Of a DNA stretch of 64,000 bases, positions 1 through 9,393 are shown piece by piece; position 1 is the stretch's first letter, and every line of letters begins with the position of its first letter. Both the position numbers and the translations under genes were made by a program. The notes below the pieces were generated by a model. That model was not told the DNA's origin and ran no database searches. It worked only from the letters and a program-made list of their open reading frames with translations. This DNA is from an uncultured Gammaproteobacteria bacterium (GTDB lineage: Bacteria > Patescibacteriota > Microgenomatia > JALYQM01), in assembly GCA_964535655.1 (NCBI GenBank), contig CAZHTP010000001.1, forward strand, positions 250,862 to 314,861, given 5' to 3'.

Positions 1-1028
1 TCCTTTAATGCAAGTCCTACGGCAACGGAATAGATTGGTGCATCTTCTGTCAGCTGACCCTCAATATTAGGATCTTTTTTAATATTAAACCAAGGGTCTC
101 CGACCTGCGCTTCAATTCCAAGTGCATTGGCTAAGAATATTAGTAAACCTGGCAGTTTTGCCGTTCCACCGGTTAATACAATTCGCTTTACTTGATCATT
201 TGGGTTTTTTGTCTGGTACAAGGTAATGGCCTTTTTAAGTTCGTTGATTATAAGTTCAAAGGTTGGCTTTATAGCACCCATCACTTTGCCTTCGAGTTGG
301 TCTTCCAGCAATCCGTACGTCTTTTTGTACTGCTCCGCCTGTTCGAATTCTAAGGAAAGGTCTGATGCAATTGCACGGCTTAAAGTGTTGCCTCCTGAAG
401 CTATCGAACGGGTAAAGCTCACCATACCTCCTCTAATAATACTTAGGTCGGTGTTGGTTGATCCAATGGACACGACCATCGTGGTTGGTGAATATGGATT
501 ATTCCCTACAAGTGATCTCGCCTGGGCAAGTAGATCTGTTTCCATTGCTACAGACTTTAAATCTGCCTTAGCGAGAATTTCAGTATACTTCTCAATTAGT
601 GAAAGAGGAGCCGCTACAATTAACACTTCCATCTTTTGACCCTTTTCTTTATCTCCTTTGGTTAAAATCTGCCAGCGTAGAGATACTTCATTTAGTGGTC
701 GTGGAATATATTGTTCAGATTCAAACTTTATTGCAGATGCCAATTCTTTTTCTGACATTGGCGGCATTTCAATAATACGGGTGAAAATCTGAGATTCGGG
801 AAGTGAGGCAATTACCTGATTAGTATTTACTTTGGTTTCCTTGATTAATCGCTTTATAATCTCTACAATTGCTTCTTTATCGAAGTCTGCTTCCGATGTC
901 ATACCGTTCCCCGGAGTTGGAGCGAGTCCATACGCAAGTAATTTACTTCCTTGATTATCTTTTTGAAGATAGACTAGTTTGATGCTGGAATCTCCGATAT
1001 CCAGTCCGAAAAAGTTTTTATTTGCCAT
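1..1028 (-). CDS. pilM: Type IV pilus assembly protein PilM (actin-like); 3' end runs off the window
   Basis: Hand translation from ATG 1028: MANKNFFGLDIGDSSIKLV...EQYIP...IVLTGGTAKLPGL...SVAVGLALK. Missing from the ORF track because no stop falls inside the window. Confidence 0.9.
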   Translation of the reverse strand, partial: MANKNFFGLDIGDSSIKLVYLQKDNQGSKLLAYGLAPTPGNGMTSEADFDKEAIVEIIKRLIKETKVNTNQVIASLPESQIFTRIIEMPPMSEKELASAIKFESEQYIPRPLNEVSLRWQILTKGDKEKGQKMEVLIVAAPLSLIEKYTEILAKADLKSVAMETDLLAQARSLVGNNPYSPTTMVVSIGSTNTDLSIIRGGMVSFTRSIASGGNTLSRAIASDLSLEFEQAEQYKKTYGLLEDQLEGKVMGAIKPTFELIINELKKAITLYQTKNPNDQVKRIVLTGGTAKLPGLLIFLANALGIEAQVGDPWFNIKKDPNIEGQLTEDAPIYSVAVGLALK

Positions 1029-1038
1029 AACTTTATAT

Positions 1039-1068
1039 AGTATGAGGGACAATAGAAAGTCATGTCAA
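1039..1068 (-). promoter_or_regulatory. sigma70-type promoter of pilM
   Basis: Minus strand TTGACA-18 bp-CATACT, 10 nt upstream of the ATG. Confidence 0.55.
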
Positions 1069-1118
1069 GCAGTAGTAGTGGTTATTGTAGGGGCAATATC
1101 TAATTTTTGTCATGGTAC

Positions 1119-1156
1119 AAAAAAAGCGAATCTCTTTAAATCAAAATCCGCTTTTT
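1119..1156 (-). terminator. Rho-independent terminator after the minor-pilin cluster
   Basis: Minus strand AAAAAGCGGAT...ATTCGCTTTTTTT stem plus U-tract. Confidence 0.6.
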
Positions 1157-1176
1157 CTAAACTATTTTTATCGCAG

Positions 1177-2139
1177 TTAGTTCTTTTGTAGAGGATTGGT
1201 GCTTCCATTAAAAACTACGAAATCGAATATACCAGGGAGGGTTGGGTATGATTGATATACTCGAACTTTTCTTACCGTATCGCCAGCTTTACCTTGTGAA
1301 TCGATTTGAGTTCCCTGCGCAGGAAGGGCTGTTGTATTGCCTGCTACAAAAGCAGCTTGCGGTGCAATTGCTACGCCCTGGTCTTCACCATCGTTGTAGA
1401 GAAGTTTAATTCTTAATAGTAAGTAACATCGTGCTGAACCTGAAGTGCATGTTCCAGTTCCTGTATCTCCAGGTTGTAAGGTTATTATTTTACTATAGTT
1501 ATAGGTTTTTGTCCCTTGATTGGTTGTAACTGTAGTTGGCGTGAGAGATACGTTATCAAAACCATTTGACCTCGTCGTATTTTGATTATCATAGGCATAT
1601 TTTTCTACACCAAACCCGCTGCTATCTTTATAGATAAAAGCTGCTTCAAGAGCTGGAGTTTTTGCTGGAGTACTTGGTGATTTAGTTCCCCAGTAAATGG
1701 CAAGTTGATTACAGTTTGAAGTGGGGCTGCACCGATTATAAAAACCTGAATAAGGTTGTGCTGAATTTGCTGGATTTTTAAAATAACTGTAATCAAACAA
1801 CCATACTTGTGCTGCTTCATCTTTTTTTAACTCGTTGGGAAAAGCGAATGTGGTTGTACTACCTCCTTGTTGGGTAGGAGTTGAAACGTTAAAGGTGGCA
1901 TTGCCAATGGTCACATCTGATCCATACGTAGAAATGTTATTTCCTAAGGCCGCTTCTATACCTGCTTCGGCTGCTGCATATGCTTGGTTAGACTGATTTG
2001 TGTTCGTGGATAAGCGGATATCTGTTGTTGTTCTAGCGATAATTGCTAATCCAATTGTTAACGCTACGACGAGCACTAACATAACAAGAATAGCCATTTG
2101 GCCAGATTCGTCGTTTACGGCATTTTTTAATTGTTTCAT
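1177..2139 (-). CDS. PilX/GspK-like minor pilin
   Basis: SG|QMAILVMLVL class III-like signal without E5, then the AYAAAEAGIEAAL PilX-type motif. Start moved to ATG 2139 (AGGAG SD). Confidence 0.8.
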   Translation of the reverse strand: MKQLKNAVNDESGQMAILVMLVLVVALTIGLAIIARTTTDIRLSTNTNQSNQAYAAAEAGIEAALGNNISTYGSDVTIGNATFNVSTPTQQGGSTTTFAFPNELKKDEAAQVWLFDYSYFKNPANSAQPYSGFYNRCSPTSNCNQLAIYWGTKSPSTPAKTPALEAAFIYKDSSGFGVEKYAYDNQNTTRSNGFDNVSLTPTTVTTNQGTKTYNYSKIITLQPGDTGTGTCTSGSARCYLLLRIKLLYNDGEDQGVAIAPQAAFVAGNTTALPAQGTQIDSQGKAGDTVRKVRVYQSYPTLPGIFDFVVFNGSTNPLQKN

Positions 2140-2201
2140 AATACATTCTCCTATGGTAATTCTATTGTGTATTAAGACCCGCCATTTAATCAATAGGGTC
2201 T

Positions 2202-2978
2202 TTAATCACTGTTATAAACCCGTAATGATATTGTTGACGAAAAAGGTACGATGGCCTGCGAATCAATGCGACTTGATGCACTAATGGCCTGAGTTAAGGC
2301 AAAATTAGTAGTTACTATTGTAGGACTTGATGCATTGAATCGAACAGTAAAATACGGATCTCCTGACGAGTTTGCTGTTACACTAACTCCACTTCTTGTT
2401 TCAGTGTTGCTGATTACTTGACCAATAGTTGCAGCAGTTACTGAGTCAGTTTCGTTCTTTAGGACGCTGACTGGATCAGAAGAAGTATCTGTAACAAGGC
2501 GAATGTTCCCGTTGCATTCTACTGGTGACTTTGTCTGATCTTGATCATTAGCAGTAAAGGGAGCACTATTACATTTTTGATCACCGACAATTGTTGATCC
2601 AGTTGTAGTTTGAGCATGGATTTCAATTTTAGTGTATCCACCCGTTGCGCCTTGATTTTTCAGTATTATTGCACAGTATTTTGTCGCACAAGTCCATGTA
2701 TAGGGAGCAACTACAGTTGTGGTATCTGTCCATGAGGTTGGTCCCCATGCATCGGGTGTACTTCCAAATGCGGTAATTTCCTCAGCATTTCTAATTGCTC
2801 GTTCCAGTTGATTAAGAATGTTATCACCATTTTGTTTTATTTCAGTGACAACATTGGCTTTATTTGATCCACGAACTATCTGAATAAAAATATCAGCAGT
2901 TATTCCTGTAAGTATACCGATAATCGTAATAACTACCAGTATTTCAATAAGTGTAAAACCTTTTTGATTATTTATCAT
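2202..2978 (-). CDS. Minor pilin (PilW/GspJ-like)
   Basis: KG|FTLIEILVVI prepilin motif, followed by NILNQLERAIRNA. Confidence 0.8.
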   Translation of the reverse strand: MINNQKGFTLIEILVVITIIGILTGITADIFIQIVRGSNKANVVTEIKQNGDNILNQLERAIRNAEEITAFGSTPDAWGPTSWTDTTTVVAPYTWTCATKYCAIILKNQGATGGYTKIEIHAQTTTGSTIVGDQKCNSAPFTANDQDQTKSPVECNGNIRLVTDTSSDPVSVLKNETDSVTAATIGQVISNTETRSGVSVTANSSGDPYFTVRFNASSPTIVTTNFALTQAISASSRIDSQAIVPFSSTISLRVYNSD

Positions 2979-2982
2979 TTGA

Positions 2983-3519
2983 TTATTGCCAGTTCGTTAA
3001 GTACGTTGTTACATCGGTGTTATGTTGTCCGCGATTGTCGCTCCAATAAACACGAACGCTAACTTGTTTTTTGCCAAGTGTAGTTCCATCATCTGTTATA
3101 TTTATTTTGCGGTAGAAGATGCCATCAATATTTTCGTCGTAAATTGTTCCTGAACCATTGTTATCGGAACAAGAAGCTCTCTTTGCCATACTGAGCGTTG
3201 ACTTGTTCAAAGTAAAACAGTAGCCGGTATATCCACCACCGGGCGAAGCCGCATTTTTAAGATTGATACCCCAGAGATCTCCCCAAGAATTTACTGAGCC
3301 TGTACCATCAGTAACATTTCCTACGGAATTTTGATCCCTGATTGCACGGACAAGTTCAAGAGTTTCCTGCGCAAATTTCGTAGCCAGATTTTGATTTTTA
3401 GAGAATTGTGAATTTCTAACAGAGGCGATAGTAGCGTTAGTGAAAGCAATTACTATTATTACCGCAATTCCAAGAGCGATAACAACTTCGACGAGGGATT
3501 GTCCTTTTTGATTGTGCAT
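2983..3519 (-). CDS. Minor pilin (PilV/GspI-like)
   Basis: KG|QSLVEVVIAL, LATKFAQETLELVRAIRD, and C-terminal VSVRVYW...TTYLTNW. Confidence 0.8.
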   Translation of the reverse strand: MHNQKGQSLVEVVIALGIAVIIVIAFTNATIASVRNSQFSKNQNLATKFAQETLELVRAIRDQNSVGNVTDGTGSVNSWGDLWGINLKNAASPGGGYTGYCFTLNKSTLSMAKRASCSDNNGSGTIYDENIDGIFYRKINITDDGTTLGKKQVSVRVYWSDNRGQHNTDVTTYLTNWQ

Positions 3520-3527
3520 AATGTCCT

Positions 3528-4220
3528 TTATTTTTCTACTATGAATACTCGACTTGATCGTGGTCCACCAGATAAATCATTATTGCACCTTGCCGGAGCA
3601 GCTTGTGTTTCATCACAAATATTTCCGCTGTCTATAACAAGACTTCTCTGATATGCCCCGTTTTTAAATTGTAACTCGACCCGAGCAATTTTTGCTACTA
3701 AACTTGGATTTGTTGTTGTTGATCCAACTACTATTTGACCACTTTTTGGTGATTGATTAAATCGTACATCGATAAAACTTGGGTAGTCAATAGGATTAGC
3801 TTCTTGATCATAAAGAATTATTTTGTCGAGCTTTACTCCAGATGGATACTGTTTATCATTAACTTTTTTAAAGGCTGCCGTAGAACAAGGAGTAATTGTA
3901 AGATCTGGTATATTTGTCGGACAAACTACGTCTCCAGCGCTGTTTTTAGGTGTAATTTCGATAGTAGAATACTTTCCAAATGGCAAGGAAGCAGCTGCAC
4001 TATCGGCCTGAAATGTTATACCGTACCAGTGAGCATTTATTCCTGCTGCTGATTTGTTTATTCCAAATTGTATGTCATCTTTTACTTTGATTGCGGCCTG
4101 ATTGACACTTTGTTCTTCATTGAAATTGCGGTAAGCAGGGATTGAGAGAGTGAGCAGAATTCCCATAATGGTGATTACTACTAATAATTCAATAAGTGAT
4201 AAACCGGCTTCTTTATTCAT
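3528..4220 (-). CDS. Minor pilin (FimT/FimU/GspH-like)
   Basis: AG|LSLIELLVVI prepilin motif and position in the cluster. Confidence 0.75.
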   Translation of the reverse strand: MNKEAGLSLIELLVVITIMGILLTLSIPAYRNFNEEQSVNQAAIKVKDDIQFGINKSAAGINAHWYGITFQADSAAASLPFGKYSTIEITPKNSAGDVVCPTNIPDLTITPCSTAAFKKVNDKQYPSGVKLDKIILYDQEANPIDYPSFIDVRFNQSPKSGQIVVGSTTTNPSLVAKIARVELQFKNGAYQRSLVIDSGNICDETQAAPARCNNDLSGGPRSSRVFIVEK

Positions 4221-4269
4221 CTACCACTACAGTGTAGGGGAGAAAAGCAGGCAGCGTCAAGCATTGTTA

Positions 4270-4818
4270 TTATGGCTCATTAACAAAGTAATTCGGTTTT
4301 GAGGAATTGCTTGAGTATGCCCCAGAATTACTACCGGCAGTGCATGCAGTTGCAGTGATACTTCCAGCGCATCCCGCTGCAGTGCATTTATCTGGGTCAT
4401 TAGCATTCTCAAGAGTTGCGAGTAAACTAAACTTTTTATTCGATGCCGCAGTTGTTGCGGAAACAGTACAATAATAGTATTCATACGCATTTACTGTATT
4501 TTTGGGGTCTTTGGGAACAGGGGCTTTAATGTAGGTTGTTGTACCTCCTGCATCAGTTAAAGCGGCGGCAAAAGTAAACTTTCCAGCTGTTGCCCCGGAT
4601 GACCAAGGTAGGGGATAATAATTGTTATCATTATAGAACAATTCGAGTCCTGTTGCTATCGATTTGAGATCAGATTTTCTACGTCCGTCACGAGCTCGAG
4701 CTTGCGCACTAGTTAGATTGGGCAATAGAAGTGCAGAGAGAATCCCTATAATTGATATCACGACGAGTAACTCAATTAATGTGAATCCTCGTTGGAATAC
4801 TATGTTTTTTGTTTTCAT
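4270..4818 (-). CDS. Pilin (GspG-like)
   Basis: RG|FTLIELLVVI...ARDGRRKSDL...YYP...PKDP...LEN. Confidence 0.85.
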   Translation of the reverse strand: MKTKNIVFQRGFTLIELLVVISIIGILSALLLPNLTSAQARARDGRRKSDLKSIATGLELFYNDNNYYPLPWSSGATAGKFTFAAALTDAGGTTTYIKAPVPKDPKNTVNAYEYYYCTVSATTAASNKKFSLLATLENANDPDKCTAAGCAGSITATACTAGSNSGAYSSNSSKPNYFVNEP

Positions 4819-4833
4819 ATCAGTTCCTTTTCT

Positions 4834-5361
4834 TTAGGGATTAAATGTACGATAGGTTACGGCTCCAGTGACCGTTGTACATGGAGCTAAATTAGTATAG
4901 GTTCCTGCTGCATTTTGATAACGCTGAATATCGGTAGCGTTTTCTAAACACGTTTCAAGCGTATAGGCATCTCCTACTGCGTTAGTTGGTGAGTATCTAT
5001 ATTTATATACGGTTGAATTTCGGGGGTCTGATACGGATTTTGGTAAGTAGTTTAGATCGACGAGTCCAACTGAACTACCAGACATAAGGATAGTAAATTG
5101 TGTTTCACCTGCACCTGGTGCAGTTGCCTCGATTGCTGCGGTTTGTGCGGTATATGAAGTTGCTCCAGCCAGCGGATATGATCCCTTATCCTGATGATAC
5201 TGCTCGAGGGCTTCACGGACAGCTCGTAGATCCGATTTTCTTTGAGCATCTCGAGCTTTCGATGTTCCGCCCGAAAAATTTGCCATTGCCATAACGGTTA
5301 GTATCGAAATAACAGATACAACAATCAATAATTCGACTAAAGTAAATCCTCTTTGTTTCAT
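4834..5361 (-). CDS. Pilin (GspG-like)
   Basis: RG|FTLVELLIVV...ARDAQRKSDL...SYP...DP...LEN. Confidence 0.85.
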   Translation of the reverse strand: MKQRGFTLVELLIVVSVISILTVMAMANFSGGTSKARDAQRKSDLRAVREALEQYHQDKGSYPLAGATSYTAQTAAIEATAPGAGETQFTILMSGSSVGLVDLNYLPKSVSDPRNSTVYKYRYSPTNAVGDAYTLETCLENATDIQRYQNAAGTYTNLAPCTTVTGAVTYRTFNP

Positions 5362-6275
5362 CTTAATCCTAAAATGTTATTTATATACCAACCGAAAAGC
5401 TGATCGCCGAAAAACATAACAATGAAGCATCCAAGAATAAGAAACGGACCAAATGGTATTGTTTGTCCAACGTTTTTTTTTCTGACTAATAAGAGTATGC
5501 AGCTGGTTATTGCCCCTGTCAAGAAGCCCATGAAGATTGAAACTACCATATTGGGCCAGCCTGATAACAGTCCTATTAAAAATCCAAGTTTTAAATCGCC
5601 TCCGCCCATGCCTCTTCCTCGAGTAATAATAATTAGTGTCAGAAAGAAGAGAGCAATACCGATACTCCCTATCAAAGTATAAAGAAATGTGTTTGATGAA
5701 AATTGAACGTGGTTGAAGGCAAGACCGGACTTAATAAAATACTTTCCCATTTCCGATTTGTTGAGGTAGGAATAAATGTGAAAGTAGTTATAGGTAATAA
5801 CTACAATTCGGTAGATAAGTACAAATATAATGGTAGGTATTACTATCTTATCGTAGAGCATTCCATATTTAATATCGGTAATGAATAAGATAAGAAGAGA
5901 TGTGGTTACAACGTACAAGAAAATAAGAGGAATAATAATGCCAAAATCGACAATATGAATAGAATTGTTTAAATAGTCTGCGCTCACATACGCGTTGCGA
6001 GAAACAAGGTAATATATCAAAGTGAAAATTATTCCGCTAACCAATTCAACGATAAAGTATTGTCGTGCTATGGGTTTTTCACAGTAGCGGCATTTACCAC
6101 GTAATTGGAGATAGCTAATGAGGGGGATTAAATCTATCCCAGTGAGGGTTTTATTGCAAAATTCACAGTGAGAGCGACCAGATAATTTTTCACCTCGTGC
6201 AAGACGCTCGGCTGTATTATTAACAAAGCTTCCAACGGAAGCACCTAAAACAAAAGTTATTATATAGAAAAGCAT
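5358..6275 (-). CDS. pilD: Prepilin peptidase (A24)
   Basis: GSFVN, RSHCEFC and KCRYC Zn motifs, GMGGGDLKL, IPFGPFL. Likely start ATG 6275. Confidence 0.93.
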   Translation of the reverse strand: MLFYIITFVLGASVGSFVNNTAERLARGEKLSGRSHCEFCNKTLTGIDLIPLISYLQLRGKCRYCEKPIARQYFIVELVSGIIFTLIYYLVSRNAYVSADYLNNSIHIVDFGIIIPLIFLYVVTTSLLILFITDIKYGMLYDKIVIPTIIFVLIYRIVVITYNYFHIYSYLNKSEMGKYFIKSGLAFNHVQFSSNTFLYTLIGSIGIALFFLTLIIITRGRGMGGGDLKLGFLIGLLSGWPNMVVSIFMGFLTGAITSCILLLVRKKNVGQTIPFGPFLILGCFIVMFFGDQLFGWYINNILGLR

Positions 6276-6322
6276 ATTAACTACTTTAACTTTTCTCAGA
6301 AGTAAGTGCAATAACTTTACAC

Positions 6323-6358
6323 AAAAAAATCGTCCCAGATCTTAATCTGAGACGATTT
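6323..6358 (-). terminator. Rho-independent terminator after the major pilin
   Basis: Minus strand AAATCGTCTCAGAT-TAAG-ATCTGGGACGATTTTTTT. Confidence 0.8.
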
Positions 6359-6378
6359 AATTTTGTCTTACTCAATCC

Positions 6379-6996
6379 TTAGATACCTGTTGGAGTAAGT
6401 GACATGTCAGTACCAGTTTCGAACATACATGCATCTGCGGCTGCAGCGCATGGAACTGTTCCTCCGTCTGAATCTGCACGAGAAGCGTTATCTTTACTTT
6501 CTACATAAGCGAGTAATTTATAGCCATTAGCGCTTGAAATGTAGAGGTATCGAGCTGTAGGTTGTGTGCCTCCGTGTGTTGCTGTACCTGCTGCGAGTGG
6601 TGCTGTTGTAATTGCAGTTCCTTGTTTTGGGTCGATTGGCAAAGTCGCCAAATATTTAGACAAGTCAGGGTTAGCAGCTACTGCTGCAGATCCTGTGATC
6701 CAGCTGGTTGCAGAAGAGGTAACTGGGCTTCGGTTTGTACCAGAAGCACATCCTGCTGCTGCTACACATGCAGGTGGTTGAGTTGCTGTGCCATCAGCGA
6801 GTGTCGCATCAATTGCTTTACGCAATGTGCTTAAGTCGGAAAAACGGGTAGAGTCACGACTCTTCTTAAGAATTTCTGCCGGATTGATGGCGAGCAATAC
6901 AACTGCTGCGAGCACACCGATAATAGCGATAACAACCAAAAGTTCGATAAGAGTGAAACCTTTGTTGTTTGTTTGGATAGTTGTTGTATTTGTCAT
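6379..6996 (-). CDS. Probable major type IV pilin
   Basis: KG|FTLIELLVVIAIIGVLAAVVLLAINP; strong SD (GAAGGGGGGTGA) and its own terminator. Confidence 0.85.
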   Translation of the reverse strand: MTNTTTIQTNNKGFTLIELLVVIAIIGVLAAVVLLAINPAEILKKSRDSTRFSDLSTLRKAIDATLADGTATQPPACVAAAGCASGTNRSPVTSSATSWITGSAAVAANPDLSKYLATLPIDPKQGTAITTAPLAAGTATHGGTQPTARYLYISSANGYKLLAYVESKDNASRADSDGGTVPCAAAADACMFETGTDMSLTPTGI

Positions 6997-7110
6997 ATTT
7001 GTTTAGTTTCACCCCCCTTCAAATAACCGATTCTTTCGGTATTCCATTTGAAACTTTGTATATAAAAATGATATGTATTTTCTCTACCTAATTGCAAGAT
7101 GCTATTTCCC

Positions 7111-8319
7111 TTAGAAACTGCTTGTGAGTTTGTATATTGGTAAAATAATTGATAATACGAGAAATGCTACGCCTAATCCAAGGAAGATAAGAATAAATGG
7201 TTCGAGCGCTGTTGTTAAGTTCTTAATTAAGTTTTCTGCTTCTGCTTCGAAGTATTTAGAAATTTTAATTAGTACTTCATCTAATTTACCTGTTTCTTCT
7301 CCAACTTTTACCATTTGAGAGAGAATAGGTGGGAAATTAGGATCTCGAGAAATTGGAACTGAAAGAGGAGCTCCATGTTCGACGTCTCGTGCGGCATTAC
7401 GAATAGAATCGTAATACACTTTGTCACCAACAGAGTCACTCACAATATTCAAAGCTTCAATAATTGGAATCCCTGCTCCGACAAGAAGTCCAAGAGTTCG
7501 GGCAAATTCAGTCAATGAACTTTCACGGCGAATTTTTCCGAAAACGGGAATTCTATACATAAGTTGATCTACACTTTTACGTCCTGCTTCCGTCTTAATG
7601 TATTGTTTATATCCAAAGAAGGTAAGTACGCCGGCCCCAATCATGAGCCACCAGAAATTCACGAAGAAGTTGGAAGTTGCAATCAAAAATTTCGTCGGAC
7701 CTGGAAGTTCTACTCCCATGTCTTTATACATACCGGTAAGACGAGGAATAACAAAGATCATCATGATAAACATAACCACGGTGATTGCAACTACTACGAT
7801 AATAGGATAGATCATCGCGCCACGAGTTTTTGCTTTGAATTCACGATCTTTCTCAAGATTTTCTGCTAAACGAGCTAATATAGTGTCAAGTAAACCGGAA
7901 GCTTCTCCAGCCCGAACTAAGCTGATATATATTTTTGAAAATGTTTTGGGATGTTTTTGTAAACTATCTCCAAAAGATCCTCCACCTTCAATATCGTGTA
8001 ATATTGACTCTTGAATTACAGCAAATTGTTTATTCGGGGTTTGGGCCTTTAAAATATTTAAGGCTTCTGTGAGTGGAAGACCGGCCGTAATCATCGTTGA
8101 TAGTTGACGAGTGAAGTTGGTAATTTCTGTAATTGAGACTTTTTTAAAGGATCCGAATAGCTTATCAAGCGATATTCCGCTTTCGGATGATTTGATAGTT
8201 ATAACAATCAGTCCGCGCTCACGTAATATTTTAGCGGCTTGATTGCGGTCTGCTGCCTCAACAATACCCACTCGCTCGGCGCCATCACGTTCTTTAGCAA
8301 TGTAATTAAATTGTATCAT
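7111..8319 (-). CDS. pilC: Type IV pilus platform protein PilC (T2SS F family)
   Basis: FTRQLSTMITAGLPL, AGEASGLLD, VGEETGKLD, ALEP. Confidence 0.93.
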   Translation of the reverse strand: MIQFNYIAKERDGAERVGIVEAADRNQAAKILRERGLIVITIKSSESGISLDKLFGSFKKVSITEITNFTRQLSTMITAGLPLTEALNILKAQTPNKQFAVIQESILHDIEGGGSFGDSLQKHPKTFSKIYISLVRAGEASGLLDTILARLAENLEKDREFKAKTRGAMIYPIIVVVAITVVMFIMMIFVIPRLTGMYKDMGVELPGPTKFLIATSNFFVNFWWLMIGAGVLTFFGYKQYIKTEAGRKSVDQLMYRIPVFGKIRRESSLTEFARTLGLLVGAGIPIIEALNIVSDSVGDKVYYDSIRNAARDVEHGAPLSVPISRDPNFPPILSQMVKVGEETGKLDEVLIKISKYFEAEAENLIKNLTTALEPFILIFLGLGVAFLVLSIILPIYKLTSSF

Positions 8320-9386
8320 TTTGATGATTTCCCCGAATTAAGCAATCTAGTTAATTCCTTTGCTTTGTTACTATATGTTTGAGCAACTTGTAATGAAATT
8401 GTCCCTGAACGTACTTTCCGTGCTAGTGCTGATTCCATGCTCTCCATACCTATTTCACTGTTTGTTTGAATTACGTTATCAAGTAAATGTGTTTTTCCTT
8501 CTCGAATAATAGTTTTTACAGCAGAATTGGCTAATAATATTTCATTGACAACTATTCGCTCTCCATTTAAAGAGGGAATAAGCCTCTGTGAAACAATTGC
8601 TTCTAGAGTTGAGGCTAGTTGTAATCTGATCTGGTCTTGTTGATGTTCAGGAAATACGTCCACGATACGGTCAATCGCTTGAGCAGCTGAATTCGTGTGT
8701 AAGGTAGAGAATACTAGATGACCAGTTTCAGCAATAGTAATAGCCGATTCAATAGTCTCATAATCACGCATTTCTCCTATTAGTACAACATCTGGGTCTT
8801 CGCGTAGCGCTCCACGTAGCGCAACATCCCACGAGTGTGTATCTAGATGTAGTTCACGTTGAGACACAAACGCTTTAGCCTTTGGATAGACATATTCAAT
8901 AGGATCTTCAATTGTTAAGATATGGCAGGCGCGATTTTGATTGATTTCATTAACTAGAGCAGCTAATGTGGTGGATTTTCCGTGCCCGGTCGGACCAGTA
9001 ACTAAGATAAACCCCTGAACTAATTCGGTAAACTTGTGCAATATTGGAGGTAATTGCAACTCATCAAGATTACGAATCTTTAAAGGAAGCATACGAAGAG
9101 CTGCAGAAATATAGCCTTTTTGATAGTAGGCATTTACTCGAAATCGAGCTACTTCACCCAGAGCAAAGGAGAAGTCTAATTCTTTGTTTGCAATTAACAA
9201 TTCCTTTTGTTCTTCAGTCACTAGTGCCATGATCAGTGCTTCCACCTCATCGGGCATGAGTGGCTTTGACTGTGGTACAGGTGTTAGGATACCATGAATT
9301 CGTAATGTAGGTTCAGTGTATGCGATTAAATGTAAATCTGAGGCATTTCTTTGGATGGTAATTTGTAATAACTCTTCTATTGTCAT
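8316..9386 (-). CDS. pilT: Pilus retraction ATPase PilT
   Basis: ASDLHL, GPTGHGKST, TIEDPIEY, LREDPDVVLIGEMRD, LHTN, IIREGK. Start ATG 9386 with AGGAGG SD. Confidence 0.93.
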   Translation of the reverse strand: MTIEELLQITIQRNASDLHLIAYTEPTLRIHGILTPVPQSKPLMPDEVEALIMALVTEEQKELLIANKELDFSFALGEVARFRVNAYYQKGYISAALRMLPLKIRNLDELQLPPILHKFTELVQGFILVTGPTGHGKSTTLAALVNEINQNRACHILTIEDPIEYVYPKAKAFVSQRELHLDTHSWDVALRGALREDPDVVLIGEMRDYETIESAITIAETGHLVFSTLHTNSAAQAIDRIVDVFPEHQQDQIRLQLASTLEAIVSQRLIPSLNGERIVVNEILLANSAVKTIIREGKTHLLDNVIQTNSEIGMESMESALARKVRSGTISLQVAQTYSNKAKELTRLLNSGKSSK

Positions 9387-9393
9387 AATCCTC

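Noticed and set aside
226-639. This and many other short ORF-track entries (e.g. 12065-12526, 36950-37477, 46439-46918, 58195-58557)
   Set aside because: They are antisense or off-frame shadows of well-supported genes and carry no motifs.
2682-2691. TGTCGCACAA, the reverse complement of the dif-like arm, inside a minor pilin gene
   Set aside because: Only 10 bp, no partner arm at 6-bp spacing, and explained by the TCAT codons; plausible by chance.
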